A DNA stretch of 64,000 bases from an uncultured virus (IMG/VR IMGVR_UViG_3300042301_004094) (IMGVR_UViG_3300042301_004094:62001-126000); one strand, 5' to 3'. Shown: positions 41,856 to 51,931, numbered from the stretch's first letter. A program made the numbers and translations. The notes: generated from the letters alone by a model not told the origin.

Positions 41856-43346
41856 TTAGAATGTACCGCCGTCTATAACATTAGTCATTGTCCAAGCGCT
41901 ACCATCCCACTTAGCATACTGATCAGCAGCTGAAGGAGCGGTCATTGAAATTATTTCACTTGAAGCATTACCATATATTAAAGCATTTGTTGTTAAAGAA
42001 GCTGCATTTTGAACTGCAATTCTTTTTTCTGATCCTAATGGACCTGCTATCCAGTAATCGTTTGTTGTATCCCAAAGTAATGAACCAGATACTGTGTTTG
42101 GAGAGGTTGGATCTTTAACAACCAAACCGGCATTTGCAACACCAGTACCATTTAACGAAATAATATTATCGCCAATTTCAACTGTTGTTGAATTTACAAT
42201 TGTTGAAGTACCATTTACTGTTAAGTTACCTGCAATAGTAACACTTCCTGAGAAATTAGCTTCACTACCTGAGTGGTATAAATTTCCATTAATGAAAGTA
42301 CCGTCAGGAGCAGTTATATCTATTCTTTCATTAGCACCCCCCGATGTATCAACTTTTATATAAGTTGTATCATCACCCAAATAAAGCCATCCAGAACTTG
42401 CTGTAATATGAGTATCGGTAGGAGATGTGTTATATATTTCTAAATATCTAGCATCGTTTGTATCTGGTTTTAATTTGATACTTCCGCTACCTATTACTAC
42501 TGACGTATAAGCCGAACCAGTAACATATAAATCAGTTTGTACTGTTAATGATTGACTAACTGTTACATCATTAGGTAAACCAATTTGTACTGTATATCCG
42601 TCTGATCCACTATTTAGAGCTAATGTAGTTTCGATCTCATTAGCAGTTCCTAATACTTTTAAATTTTGATTTAATAAGTTAATTGAACCACTTAATCCAC
42701 CATCACCATATACTAATAAACTTGTAGCTAATCCTGTTAATCCAGCACCATCACCCACAAATGAACCACTGAATGAACCACTAGCTGATGTAAATACACC
42801 TTGTTGAGCATAAATTGTTCTCCATTCTTTACCACTAGCACCTAAATCAAAATTATTTGCTGAATCTGGTATAATAGATGAACTAATATCTGCACCAAAA
42901 GTTACAAAATCTGTATCGGAATTACCAACTGTGATATTACCACCTAAAGTAATGTTACCATCAATTGTTGCGTTACCACTTAAATATAAGTTAGAACCTG
43001 TAATTACACCTGTAGTAATACTTGAAGGAGTAATTGCACTTCCACTTACAGCACCTGCTAAGTCTAAACGAACATTACCAGCTGTTTTTAAAATGTAAAG
43101 ATTTTTACTACCAGTTTCATAGAAAGAAACACCTTCTAATTGGCTATAGCTAGAAATATCTGGTGCAGAAGAACCATAATATAATTGAGGGACTGCTTTA
43201 TAAGAGCTTGAATCTCCAACGAACAATACAGGGCCTACTAGGTTACCTATGGAGCCTGTACCTAATATAATTTCACCAGCATTTATTGGTGTTATATTAC
43301 CGACATTGGCTATCGAACCGCGACGGTGTTTAATTATTTGGGCCAT
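41856..43346 (-). CDS. tail fibre / proximal fibre structural protein (non-collagen)
   Basis: N-terminal MAQIIKHRRG...GEI related to the fibre N-termini, GNLTVNGTSTIVNSTTVEIGDNII motif, C-terminal IDGGTF. Confidence 0.75.
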   Translation of the reverse strand: MAQIIKHRRGSIANVGNITPINAGEIILGTGSIGNLVGPVLFVGDSSSYKAVPQLYYGSSAPDISSYSQLEGVSFYETGSKNLYILKTAGNVRLDLAGAVSGSAITPSSITTGVITGSNLYLSGNATIDGNITLGGNITVGNSDTDFVTFGADISSSIIPDSANNFDLGASGKEWRTIYAQQGVFTSASGSFSGSFVGDGAGLTGLATSLLVYGDGGLSGSINLLNQNLKVLGTANEIETTLALNSGSDGYTVQIGLPNDVTVSQSLTVQTDLYVTGSAYTSVVIGSGSIKLKPDTNDARYLEIYNTSPTDTHITASSGWLYLGDDTTYIKVDTSGGANERIDITAPDGTFINGNLYHSGSEANFSGSVTIAGNLTVNGTSTIVNSTTVEIGDNIISLNGTGVANAGLVVKDPTSPNTVSGSLLWDTTNDYWIAGPLGSEKRIAVQNAASLTTNALIYGNASSEIISMTAPSAADQYAKWDGSAWTMTNVIDGGTF

Positions 43347-43395
43347 ACTTTTTATTTATAATTTAATGGAATTATGTCTATTAATAAATATTAGA

Positions 43396-43656
43396 TTAGA
43401 ACGTACCCAAGTCAACTGATTGAGGGGTTGTTTCGTCTCCTAAAGTATCTATATTATCTATTGTTAAAGATGCAGAAGATATTCCAGGTTGATCATGTAT
43501 TACAGCATCTCCATATATGGTTATTGCAGGGATTGATGATGTTTGTTGGTAAAAAGTTGCCGAACCGCTAGTTACGATTAAATCACCTTCTATTATTAAT
43601 GAATCTCCTGATAGACTTAATGGGGATAATATTTGCTCTAATCTAATTCGTGCCAT
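43396..43656 (-). CDS. small structural protein ending in VDLGTF
   Basis: 86 aa, beta-rich; the C-terminus resembles that of the neighbour (IDGGTF). Confidence 0.65.
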   Translation of the reverse strand: MARIRLEQILSPLSLSGDSLIIEGDLIVTSGSATFYQQTSSIPAITIYGDAVIHDQPGISSASLTIDNIDTLGDETTPQSVDLGTF

Positions 43657-43658
43657 TT

Positions 43659-44891
43659 TTATACTATTTTACCTATTACTATTATTTGATCTGCAGGTAC
43701 AAATTCATATTCTAACAATGTAGGATTTATTGTTAATATTGAATTTGATCCTACAGTTTGGAATGATATAATTGCTGATAAAGGTATATAAAGACCATTA
43801 GCAGTAAATGTAAAGTTTGATAATGTAGGAAGTGGAACTAATGAACCTTGTGGTGGGTTTAATATACTAACTCCAGCAAATACTGCTTGATTCGATGTTA
43901 CAGTTGTAGCTACTCTTGTATTATTTGTTTGTAAGTATTCAAGATCACTAGCTGCTACACTTACAAGAGTAACATTAGTTGATCCTTCAACAAATGATGT
44001 ACCACCACCTATATTTGGTCTAATTCCAATTGTTTGTACTTCTTCAGCATCACCTGTTGTAGTTTCTAAACCGAATACTACTTGGGATTTAGAATAAAAC
44101 ATATCACTATTAGCTAATTCTTTATTAATAGAATCAGGAATTATATATCCATTTAATGTAATACTAAATGTTGTTTTTGCAATTCTATCATTATCTGATT
44201 CTACTGCTACTGTTGTAGCAAATGAATCGATTTTAGATCTAAATTGAAAACGTTTTGGATCACCCCAATATGAATCAGAAGCAAATTCTACTGCTTCAAC
44301 AATTTTATTATTTTGTTCTACATAGTTTGTAAATATAATACATTCATATGTTACAGTAACGTAATCAGGTACTACAGATACATAAAACTGAGATGATGGA
44401 ACTTTATTTGTTAATATTGAAAATTTATCATAATGGTTTTTAGCATTATATTTTGTTTCAAATACTTGAAATAAATGAGCTTTATTACCATCTATTTTAT
44501 TACCTAAAGTTCTATTTTTTTCAACATTATTACGTCTGAATACTATAATAGGAACTCTAACTTTATTGTTAGAATCCCTTAAGAATCCATCCTGTTGTAT
44601 TGATTTCCATCTTTCAGGAGAACCATATATTATAGGAACATTAATCATTTCCCCATCTTGAAAGACTTGAGGTTTGATTGTGTTGTTAAAATAATATATA
44701 ATAGCTCCATCTAAGTCTTGTAAACCAATGGAAAAATCTTTTATTTTATCGTTTTTACGAGAAATTTCTTTAGCACGATTTTGAGTAAAAGAAGTAGTAG
44801 AAACTGGCTTGCCTATTGATTTATCATAGGCTGTTATTTGTGACTGTGCAGCCTCAAATGGTTTTGTTGTTTCTATGGATCTTTTTCTCAT
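43659..44891 (-). CDS. tail terminator / sheath stabiliser (T4 gp15-like) with C-terminal extension
   Basis: VPIIYGSPERW...P...PDYVTVTYECIIFT...QNNKIVE...FSITLNGYIIP; located after the neck genes. Confidence 0.7.
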   Translation of the reverse strand: MRKRSIETTKPFEAAQSQITAYDKSIGKPVSTTSFTQNRAKEISRKNDKIKDFSIGLQDLDGAIIYYFNNTIKPQVFQDGEMINVPIIYGSPERWKSIQQDGFLRDSNNKVRVPIIVFRRNNVEKNRTLGNKIDGNKAHLFQVFETKYNAKNHYDKFSILTNKVPSSQFYVSVVPDYVTVTYECIIFTNYVEQNNKIVEAVEFASDSYWGDPKRFQFRSKIDSFATTVAVESDNDRIAKTTFSITLNGYIIPDSINKELANSDMFYSKSQVVFGLETTTGDAEEVQTIGIRPNIGGGTSFVEGSTNVTLVSVAASDLEYLQTNNTRVATTVTSNQAVFAGVSILNPPQGSLVPLPTLSNFTFTANGLYIPLSAIISFQTVGSNSILTINPTLLEYEFVPADQIIVIGKIV

Positions 44892-45244
44892 TATATTCTA
44901 CCTTGCTTTTCTAAAGCCATTAATTTATCTAAAGCATTCATCGCTCTAAATAATTGATTGTATAATTTACTAATTTCTTTCGCTGTAGCAGCAATATCCT
45001 GATTTGTAGAGAATGTAAATACATCAAATTCTCTTTTATTTTGAATGATATTTCTTTTAATACCATCAATTTTAGGTAGATTAATTACTTGAGAAGCAGA
45101 CATTTCAGGACGATTTGGATCCTGAGGTAATGGAACTAAAAGTCTTCCTGTTTTGTATAATTCTCTTTTTTGATCGGGAGTTAAGTCTGAAATAGTTACT
45201 TCAGGACTTCCCATAATTTCGTCTAATATATCTGTTAATTTCAT
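44891..45244 (-). CDS. hypothetical protein with MKLTDILDE leader
   Basis: 117 aa ORF, coupled to the downstream gene. Confidence 0.7.
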   Translation of the reverse strand: MKLTDILDEIMGSPEVTISDLTPDQKRELYKTGRLLVPLPQDPNRPEMSASQVINLPKIDGIKRNIIQNKREFDVFTFSTNQDIAATAKEISKLYNQLFRAMNALDKLMALEKQGRI

Positions 45245-45246
45245 AA

Positions 45247-45585
45247 TTAATATTGTCCTACTTTTTCAATTGTTTGTAATCTAGGTAAAAATTGCAATAA
45301 ACCATCTACTTTGTGAGTAGTGGATGATGCAATTTTAATTTTTTGAATATCTTCTTCTGGTGTTGATGATACAATATATTTTAATTTTAATAAAGCAAAT
45401 TCAGCTACGTTAGTTGCTTTATTGTCTAAAAAATCACTTTGTTGTACAGTTACAACTACAACTCCAGGAAGAGCTCTAACCTCATTATAAATCAATACTT
45501 GATTATAATTTGAATTAGTTTTTATCAATACTTCTATTCTGTATATAGATAAAATTTCGTTTAATATATTTTCTAGTTTTATCAT
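45247..45585 (-). CDS. hypothetical protein with MIKLENILNE leader; start revised to 45585
   Basis: The ATG at 45585 forms an ATGA overlap with the stop of 45582..46175. Confidence 0.7.
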   Translation of the reverse strand: MIKLENILNEILSIYRIEVLIKTNSNYNQVLIYNEVRALPGVVVVTVQQSDFLDNKATNVAEFALLKLKYIVSSTPEEDIQKIKIASSTTHKVDGLLQFLPRLQTIEKVGQY

Positions 45586-46175
45586 GATTCTAATATATTT
45601 AATCTTGTCATTCTTGTTAAAGAACAATTCAAGATATATATAATAAGGTTGCCAGATGCATTTGCTGATTGAGCTGATACAGGTGATCCTGCAGCTGTAT
45701 AAAACTGAGCATCTGTTGATGTTACTTCGTAATATCTATCTCTATCAACTACTATATCTCCCACTTCTGGAGTAAAGTTAAATTGTTCAACTGTTAATTT
45801 TGGTATGCTTATTGTAATATTTTGAGTAGGGTCGGAACCATAATCAGCATCTACATAAGATAAAGCAGTTCTTTCAATTAAACACTTTATTTCCATTGGA
45901 GGATAATACCATTTCTCCATTGACTCACCATACATATTAGCTACTGTATTGTCTAAGTCACATTTAAAATATCCTACCTTCATGCCAGCAAAATTAATTG
46001 CTTGTTGAACAGTAGCTGCTGCTTGACCACCAGGTCCTGGAGCAGGAGATGGTGGAGCCGGGGGAGGAGTTGGACCTGAAGGAGCAGGGGATCCTACTCC
46101 ACCTCCTTTTGGTGGTGATGGTATAAATGGAGCCTGTGAAACTGTTCCTCCTTCTTTTATAATTCCTTTAGCCAT
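45582..46175 (-). CDS. head completion / neck protein (T4 gp14-like) with Pro-rich N-terminus
   Basis: NMYGESMEKWYYPPMEIKCLI...PEVGDIV...YYEV; follows the neck protein. Confidence 0.65.
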   Translation of the reverse strand: MAKGIIKEGGTVSQAPFIPSPPKGGGVGSPAPSGPTPPPAPPSPAPGPGGQAAATVQQAINFAGMKVGYFKCDLDNTVANMYGESMEKWYYPPMEIKCLIERTALSYVDADYGSDPTQNITISIPKLTVEQFNFTPEVGDIVVDRDRYYEVTSTDAQFYTAAGSPVSAQSANASGNLIIYILNCSLTRMTRLNILES

Positions 46176-48172
46176 TATTTAATATAAATTGGTAATGGAA
46201 TTGATGCTAAAGTATCTTTTAAGAATCCAGCTTCTTGTTGTTTTCTTTCAAGTTGACTCTTACGAGAAACTTCATTTAACATTTCTTTTAATTCCAAAAT
46301 TAAATCTTCTTTTTCTTTTCTAGCATCTGTAATCAATTCAGAACCATTTATTGGTCCTATACCTTGAATACTTGTACTAGAATATTGAATACGAATATGT
46401 GCTTCAACTTCCCTAGCTAATGCTAAAGTATATTTAAATATCCACATTCTACCAACAGTATTAATGTTCATGTATACAGGATTTCTGTAAGGAACATTCA
46501 TTACATCAGTAACAACATTTTTTCTTCTATCTCTTAATATATTATTTTTATTGCTTTTTTTAACATATTCAAAGAATAAATTTAGATCAATAGAAGGTCT
46601 TGGGAATATTCTTAATTGGTTATTTTGTAATTCAAATGAATAACTAGCACGTCTAATAGTATCGTTTAATTCAATTGATTGTATTTTTTGTAAATCAAAA
46701 TTCATAGGCATTAACAAGAAGTTAATACCAGGAGAAAACTGACCAAATCCAAATGTTTCAAGTAATGATTGAACACCAGTACCTGTACCAGCATATGGAT
46801 CGAAATATCTTGCGATTGCTGGAGGTTGTTCATAATATACTCTTCTAACTTCAATTGTATCTCCAGGTTCTAATGATTCAGAAACAGCAGCCCAGGCATT
46901 TAAATCATAATCCTGTTCACCAGGAATTAATTTTAATGAACCCTTTTTAATATCATAACCACCACCCACATTAGCTTCAGCACCATAACCATCAGCAATA
47001 ACTGATGTTATAGTTGTTAAGTTGTTGCTTAATACTTTATCATTAAATGTTTCTAAAGTAGTTTGGATATAAACAGTTGGAATTTCACCATTTGAACCTG
47101 TAAATCTTGCACCATTACCCGCAATATTAGGAGTAGTAGTAAAGAAATAGATATGAGAAAATCCTTCAGGAATTTCATAATTAGATCCTGATGTTACTCC
47201 TGTAAATTGTGCTGATGTTCCGTTAATTCTAAAATTAGTAATATTAGAATATGATAATGAAGAAGAAATATTTAAAGTTGTTGCAGTAGATCCTGTAGTA
47301 AATACCATATTAGTGCCAAATGAAGCAGAAGATACTGCTGTTAATTTAGCTGCTATGTTTGCTGCGGTTGCTGCAGGTGTACTTCCAGTTACAATATAAA
47401 AATTTGTACTAGTGTCAGGTAAACTACCAGAACCAATATTAAAAGTTGTAATAGTATTATTACTACCTGTTACAACAAATGATGTTGAACCTGAGGTAAT
47501 ACTAACGCTAGTTGCATCCCATGATGAAGTAGCAGCATTGTAAAATGGTGTAACAACTGTTGCACCACCAGTTCTGTTAAATTGATTATATACAAATTGG
47601 CTCAAATCCATTACAAGATTGCCCGGTCCTGTATATGTTGGATCAACAAACCCAGATCCTAAAGTAAATGAGTTAATATAATTAAAATCAGGCGCGATAA
47701 AATCGTTTATAGAGGCGGAAATAACCCAGATCTCATTATCTACGATAGACGCTGAATAAGACTGATTAAAGTTTACTTCAGCAAAATTCGCTGGTCTTGG
47801 AGCAGACCAAGATACTGGAGAACCAATATCATCACTTAATATATGTGTGTATCCTATATTTGAAAATGGAGAGGTTTCTGAGCCTTCCATGTTAATATAG
47901 TTGTCTCTGATTTTGTATTGGTAAACTAAATTACCATATGTAGTAACGGCTTCTTCAAATGCAGCATATACGGTTAAATCACTAATGTTCAATGTTGATA
48001 AACCTATACCTGTACCTAAACGTTGAGCAATATATTTAGCAGCACTCTTAGCGTCACGTAAGAATTCAGGATCATCAGTATAATATTCAAAAGGACAATT
48101 GCCTTTTACATTAGAAAGGTATGATACATCACCACCGTAATTATCATATAGTTGCATTAAGTTAATCGCCAT
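46175..48172 (-). CDS. neck / head-tail adaptor protein (T4 gp13-like) with a large internal insertion
   Basis: YIAQRLG...AAFEEAVTTY N-terminal part and WIFKYTLALARE...INGSELITDA...PLPIYI C-terminal part. Confidence 0.7.
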   Translation of the reverse strand: MAINLMQLYDNYGGDVSYLSNVKGNCPFEYYTDDPEFLRDAKSAAKYIAQRLGTGIGLSTLNISDLTVYAAFEEAVTTYGNLVYQYKIRDNYINMEGSETSPFSNIGYTHILSDDIGSPVSWSAPRPANFAEVNFNQSYSASIVDNEIWVISASINDFIAPDFNYINSFTLGSGFVDPTYTGPGNLVMDLSQFVYNQFNRTGGATVVTPFYNAATSSWDATSVSITSGSTSFVVTGSNNTITTFNIGSGSLPDTSTNFYIVTGSTPAATAANIAAKLTAVSSASFGTNMVFTTGSTATTLNISSSLSYSNITNFRINGTSAQFTGVTSGSNYEIPEGFSHIYFFTTTPNIAGNGARFTGSNGEIPTVYIQTTLETFNDKVLSNNLTTITSVIADGYGAEANVGGGYDIKKGSLKLIPGEQDYDLNAWAAVSESLEPGDTIEVRRVYYEQPPAIARYFDPYAGTGTGVQSLLETFGFGQFSPGINFLLMPMNFDLQKIQSIELNDTIRRASYSFELQNNQLRIFPRPSIDLNLFFEYVKKSNKNNILRDRRKNVVTDVMNVPYRNPVYMNINTVGRMWIFKYTLALAREVEAHIRIQYSSTSIQGIGPINGSELITDARKEKEDLILELKEMLNEVSRKSQLERKQQEAGFLKDTLASIPLPIYIK

Positions 48173-48210
48173 TATTCACTAGTATTTGTCATGTATAAAT
48201 ATTGAATATA

Positions 48211-48879
48211 TTACTTCCCATATTCATAATCCAATATCTTACCAACTAGGTCCGATCTATGGTTTGTTGCTAATTTAATCCACTGAATTTCTTCAATTTT
48301 TTTAGATAATTCAATAGCATATGATAATCCATTTAATTCACCTGTTGGGTTTTTAATATCAGTTTGTTCATTATCCCCATTAATCACTATTTTACCGTTT
48401 TTACCCAAACGTGTTAATATAGCTAACATCTCACCTTTAGTTAGGTTTTGAGCTTCTTCAACAATTAAAATATCATCAATTGTTTTACCACGAATAAACT
48501 GGACAGGCAATGCTTTAATTTTTTCGTCCTGTACCAATTTTGCAACCTCATTTTTATCAGAACAACATTTAGATAAATTTTCTAATAGAGCTTCCATATA
48601 TGGATCAAACTTTTCACTTAATGCTCCTGGTAAAAATCCCAAACTTTTACCTACCTCAACAGCAGCACGTGTATTGTATATGCAATCTATTTGTTTTCTT
48701 TTAAGAAAATCTAATGCTGCTTGAGCACATACTAATGATTTTCCGCTCCCTGCTCTACCTGTTATTATAACAATTTGGTTTTCTACTATTAATCGTTTTG
48801 CTTCTTTTTGTTCTTCATTTAATTGAACTGCGTTAATTGATTTAATTTCACTTTTGCGTTCGCGATTAGGTTCTCTCAT
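48211..48879 (-). CDS. phoH: PhoH-family ATPase; start revised to MREPNR at 48879
   Basis: GRAGSGKS Walker A, RAAVE...LGFLPG, FIRGKT, EEAQN, LTRLG, GDNEQTD, HRS. Confidence 0.95.
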   Translation of the reverse strand: MREPNRERKSEIKSINAVQLNEEQKEAKRLIVENQIVIITGRAGSGKSLVCAQAALDFLKRKQIDCIYNTRAAVEVGKSLGFLPGALSEKFDPYMEALLENLSKCCSDKNEVAKLVQDEKIKALPVQFIRGKTIDDILIVEEAQNLTKGEMLAILTRLGKNGKIVINGDNEQTDIKNPTGELNGLSYAIELSKKIEEIQWIKLATNHRSDLVGKILDYEYGK

Positions 48880-48914
48880 ATGTAACGGTTGTTTAATTTC
48901 CAATAAATATTAAT

Positions 48915-48944
48915 AAAAGAAGCCCGACCTTACGGGGTCGGGCT
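48915..48944 (-). terminator. intrinsic terminator after the major capsid gene
   Basis: agcccgacc-ttacgg-ggtcgggct hairpin followed by TCTTTT on the minus strand. Confidence 0.85.
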
Positions 48945-48992
48945 CTTTATAACTATAATACTGAGACTATAGCGGGGTATTGTTTAATTAAA

Positions 48993-50582
48993 TTAAACAG
49001 TTTCTAAACCGTGAACGATCACTTTACCATAGAATTCAGGACGAACCATTTTCTTAGCGTAACGAGTCATCAAACCTTTACGTGGAGTGAAAGTTGTTGG
49101 ATCGTATACTAATGGAGTCATCATTACAGGGATATAAGGAGCAAATACAGCACCAGTTTCTAAGAACTGAGCACCTTTGTAACCCATCAAGATGATGTTT
49201 TCAGTGAAGTAAGGATTTTTGTAAACTTTGTAACGGCTGTTTAAAGAACCGATCTTTTGGATACCGAAGTTGAATTCAGCTTTATCACCATCACCATCAG
49301 AAGCAAATCCTGGGATTGATTCTAAGATAGTTGCAACAGTTGGAGATACTACTAAGAAGTTAGCACCACCACGTAATGTTAATTGGTGAATTTTGTTAGA
49401 TACTTTTTGTAATTTAGTACCTAAAGTTTGGAACCAACCACCTTGAGTGTTGAAGAAAGTGTTTGTTAAAGAAGCGAAAGCGCTACCGTTCCAAGCCACG
49501 TTATTCTGAGCTGACCAATATTCAGTAGTTGAAGTTGGTACGTTCTTAATCAACATTTCTAAGATTTCTAAATCGATTTCCATAGAGATGTATTGGCTCA
49601 TTAAGCTAGTTAATTCAGCTTCAGCGTCGATTGAATGGTAAGCATTCAAATCTTGAGCGAATTCTGGAGTCCATTGTGCTTTTAACTTACGAGTTTTAGC
49701 AACAACTGCTTCAGACTTCATGTTAACGTCTAATGAAGGGATAACGATTTGAGAAGCGCTGTTAGCGTTAGGTACGCTGTAGTCAGCTCTATCTTCGAAA
49801 TCACCACGAGCGTTATCACGGTTAGCTTTATTGTAGAATAAAGTTACAGTACCGTGAGCTGGAGAACCAGTTGCGATGAAAATTAAATCATTACCAGATA
49901 CTTTAGTGTATTGAGGTAAGATTGTAGTTTCGTCGAAGTTAGAACCACTAACGAAACAAGCTCTTGCAGCTTCTAAATCTTGGTCAGTTTGAGCAGCACC
50001 GTTAGTTACAGTGATTTTCTTTAAAGAACCTGTAGCTACAGTTGAATCGAAGTTAACGTCAGCTAACAATACAGATGAAGTTGCAGCAGTTAAAGATGCA
50101 GAGAATTGGTTAATTGAATAACCGAATTTACCAACACCATATAAACCTTTAGTGATGTCAGTTGACTTTAAGTCAGAAGAAGCACCATATAAAGATCCAG
50201 CAAATGCTTTCTTATCAGTACCATACTTGAAATCAAGATAGAAGATAAGACCTGAAGGTAAGCTCATTGATTGAACTGAAACGAATTCTTTTGCGCTAAT
50301 ATCACCGAATACACGACGAACTAACGGTAAAGCAACTCCAGCCCAGTTTTCACCGAAACCAGCAGTGAAAGTAGCAGCACCACCACCTAAACCAGTTTGG
50401 TTGCTTTCTACTACTAATTGCTTAGCTTGGTTTTCTAATAAGATAGCCATGTTGTTTTTCTCAACTTCGCCTTTAAGACCTTCTAAAAGGCCAGACTTAG
50501 TCCACTTAGAGACTAAAGTGTTAGCTGTATCCATTACGCGAGCGTATGGGTTAGCTGATTCTAATAATTGTTGAATTTCCAT
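48993..50582 (-). CDS. major capsid protein (T4 gp23-like)
   Basis: LPLVRRVF...VQSMSLPSGLIFYL, KTRKLKAQWTPEFAQDLNAYHSIDAEAEL, FAPYIP, PRKGLMTRYA. Confidence 0.97.
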   Translation of the reverse strand: MEIQQLLESANPYARVMDTANTLVSKWTKSGLLEGLKGEVEKNNMAILLENQAKQLVVESNQTGLGGGAATFTAGFGENWAGVALPLVRRVFGDISAKEFVSVQSMSLPSGLIFYLDFKYGTDKKAFAGSLYGASSDLKSTDITKGLYGVGKFGYSINQFSASLTAATSSVLLADVNFDSTVATGSLKKITVTNGAAQTDQDLEAARACFVSGSNFDETTILPQYTKVSGNDLIFIATGSPAHGTVTLFYNKANRDNARGDFEDRADYSVPNANSASQIVIPSLDVNMKSEAVVAKTRKLKAQWTPEFAQDLNAYHSIDAEAELTSLMSQYISMEIDLEILEMLIKNVPTSTTEYWSAQNNVAWNGSAFASLTNTFFNTQGGWFQTLGTKLQKVSNKIHQLTLRGGANFLVVSPTVATILESIPGFASDGDGDKAEFNFGIQKIGSLNSRYKVYKNPYFTENIILMGYKGAQFLETGAVFAPYIPVMMTPLVYDPTTFTPRKGLMTRYAKKMVRPEFYGKVIVHGLETV

Positions 50583-50605
50583 TTTTAAATGAATTTGTTT
50601 TGTTT

Positions 50606-51931
50606 TTAATATTTTGTTATACCTGCTAACTTTTGGAATCTAGAAATTTGTTCGTTTGTTTCAACGATTTGTTTGCTAGGTGCATTGCCAGCTGGTTTTG
50701 AAGCGAATCCTTTAATGATTCCTTCTTTTACCATACCTTTAGAAGATTCTTTAGCTTCTAGAGACTCGTTAAGAGCTTCGAATACTAATTTAGCTTCGTT
50801 TGGTGTTGATGCTTTATCAAAGGCGTTAATTACTTTGATTTTGTTGTCTTCTGATAAGTTTTTAGCTTTGAAGATCTTGTTAACATATAATAACTTAGCG
50901 TTTAATAAGTTAACTTCGTTTAATTCGTTACGTAAAGTTTCGATTGTAGCAATTGCTTCGTCTAATTCTTTTTCGTCTTTTTTAGCTTTCTTAGCTTCAT
51001 CTACTACATCTTCAGTTGCTTCGTTTTCGTCTAAAGCATCTAATTCAGCTAATAGTTCTTCTAAGTTGATTTCATCTTCTGATTCTTCTGATTCTTCTTC
51101 AGTACCATCTAATTCAACAGCATCATCATCCATCATTTCTTCTTCATCTTCAGCACCTTCTTCAGCACCTAATTCAGAATCAACAATGTCTTTGATAATG
51201 TCTTTTAAATCTTCGATAGATAAATCAGCTACTGACATTTCTTCTTCAGATGTTTCATCTTCCATTTCTTCTTCAGTTTCTTCTTTACCTTCTTTCATAC
51301 CAGCAGCAGCACCAGCTCCTAACTTTTCTAACTCAGCATATGCTTTCTTAGCAAGTGGTCCACCTTTTTTAATTAAGGCTTTAATACTATTGATAAGATT
51401 TTCTAAACCAGCACCAGCTGCATTAGATGGGTCGTACCCACTACTTGCTCCTGTCATTTCGTCGATTTCTTCCATACCTTCTCTCATACCAGAAGCGGCT
51501 GCGGCTCCTATTTTTTCTAATTCAGCATATGCTTTCTTAGCCATAGGTCCACCCTTCTTAATAAGAGATTTAATACCGTTAATGATGTTTTCTAAACCAG
51601 CACCTGCTGCATTAGATGGATCATATCCACCGCTTGCTCCAGTTACTTCGTCGATTTCTTCATCAGAACCTTCTTCAAGTTCTAATTCGGCTAAAAACTC
51701 GTCTAAATTTAACTCTTCTTCCATGTTTTCTTCATGGAAAGTTTCTACTTCTTCGATTTCTTCTTTGATCTCATCTTCATCTTTTGCCATTTCTTCTAAT
51801 TTAGAAGCTAACATAGATTGTAAATGAGGAGTCAAAGTTTCTTCAAGAGCAGCTTTTGCATTAACTAACGCAGCTTCGCGGATAGTTTTTGCTTCAGCAA
51901 TTGCTTGCTTAAATAATTCTTTGTTTGTCAT
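50606..51931 (-). CDS. prohead scaffold / core protein
   Basis: Highly acidic coiled coil directly upstream of the MCP gene, with LNEVNLLNAKLLY and C-terminal RFQKLAGI. Confidence 0.85.
   Translation of the reverse strand: MTNKELFKQAIAEAKTIREAALVNAKAALEETLTPHLQSMLASKLEEMAKDEDEIKEEIEEVETFHEENMEEELNLDEFLAELELEEGSDEEIDEVTGASGGYDPSNAAGAGLENIINGIKSLIKKGGPMAKKAYAELEKIGAAAASGMREGMEEIDEMTGASSGYDPSNAAGAGLENLINSIKALIKKGGPLAKKAYAELEKLGAGAAAGMKEGKEETEEEMEDETSEEEMSVADLSIEDLKDIIKDIVDSELGAEEGAEDEEEMMDDDAVELDGTEEESEESEDEINLEELLAELDALDENEATEDVVDEAKKAKKDEKELDEAIATIETLRNELNEVNLLNAKLLYVNKIFKAKNLSEDNKIKVINAFDKASTPNEAKLVFEALNESLEAKESSKGMVKEGIIKGFASKPAGNAPSKQIVETNEQISRFQKLAGITKY
51288..51660. repeat. two diverged tandem copies (period 189 bp, 63 aa) inside the scaffold gene
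   Basis: EEIDE(V/M)TGAS(G/S)GYDPSNAAGAGLEN...AKKAYAELEK...GM(R/K)EG occurs twice. Confidence 0.9.

Noticed and set aside
23430..43346. Diversity-generating retroelement or invertase shufflon acting on the fibres
   Set aside because: No reverse transcriptase or recombinase in the window, no adenine-specific TR/VR pair noticed, and all fibre genes are co-oriented with no inverted cassettes. Such elements could still lie outside the window.
48211..48903. PhoH next to the capsid gene as a novelty
   Set aside because: PhoH is a common gene in large aquatic phages; listed as a feature only.
50673..51827. 384-aa plus-strand ORF
   Set aside because: Antisense shadow of the Glu-rich scaffold gene (Ser-rich mirror of GAA codons); no independent signals.
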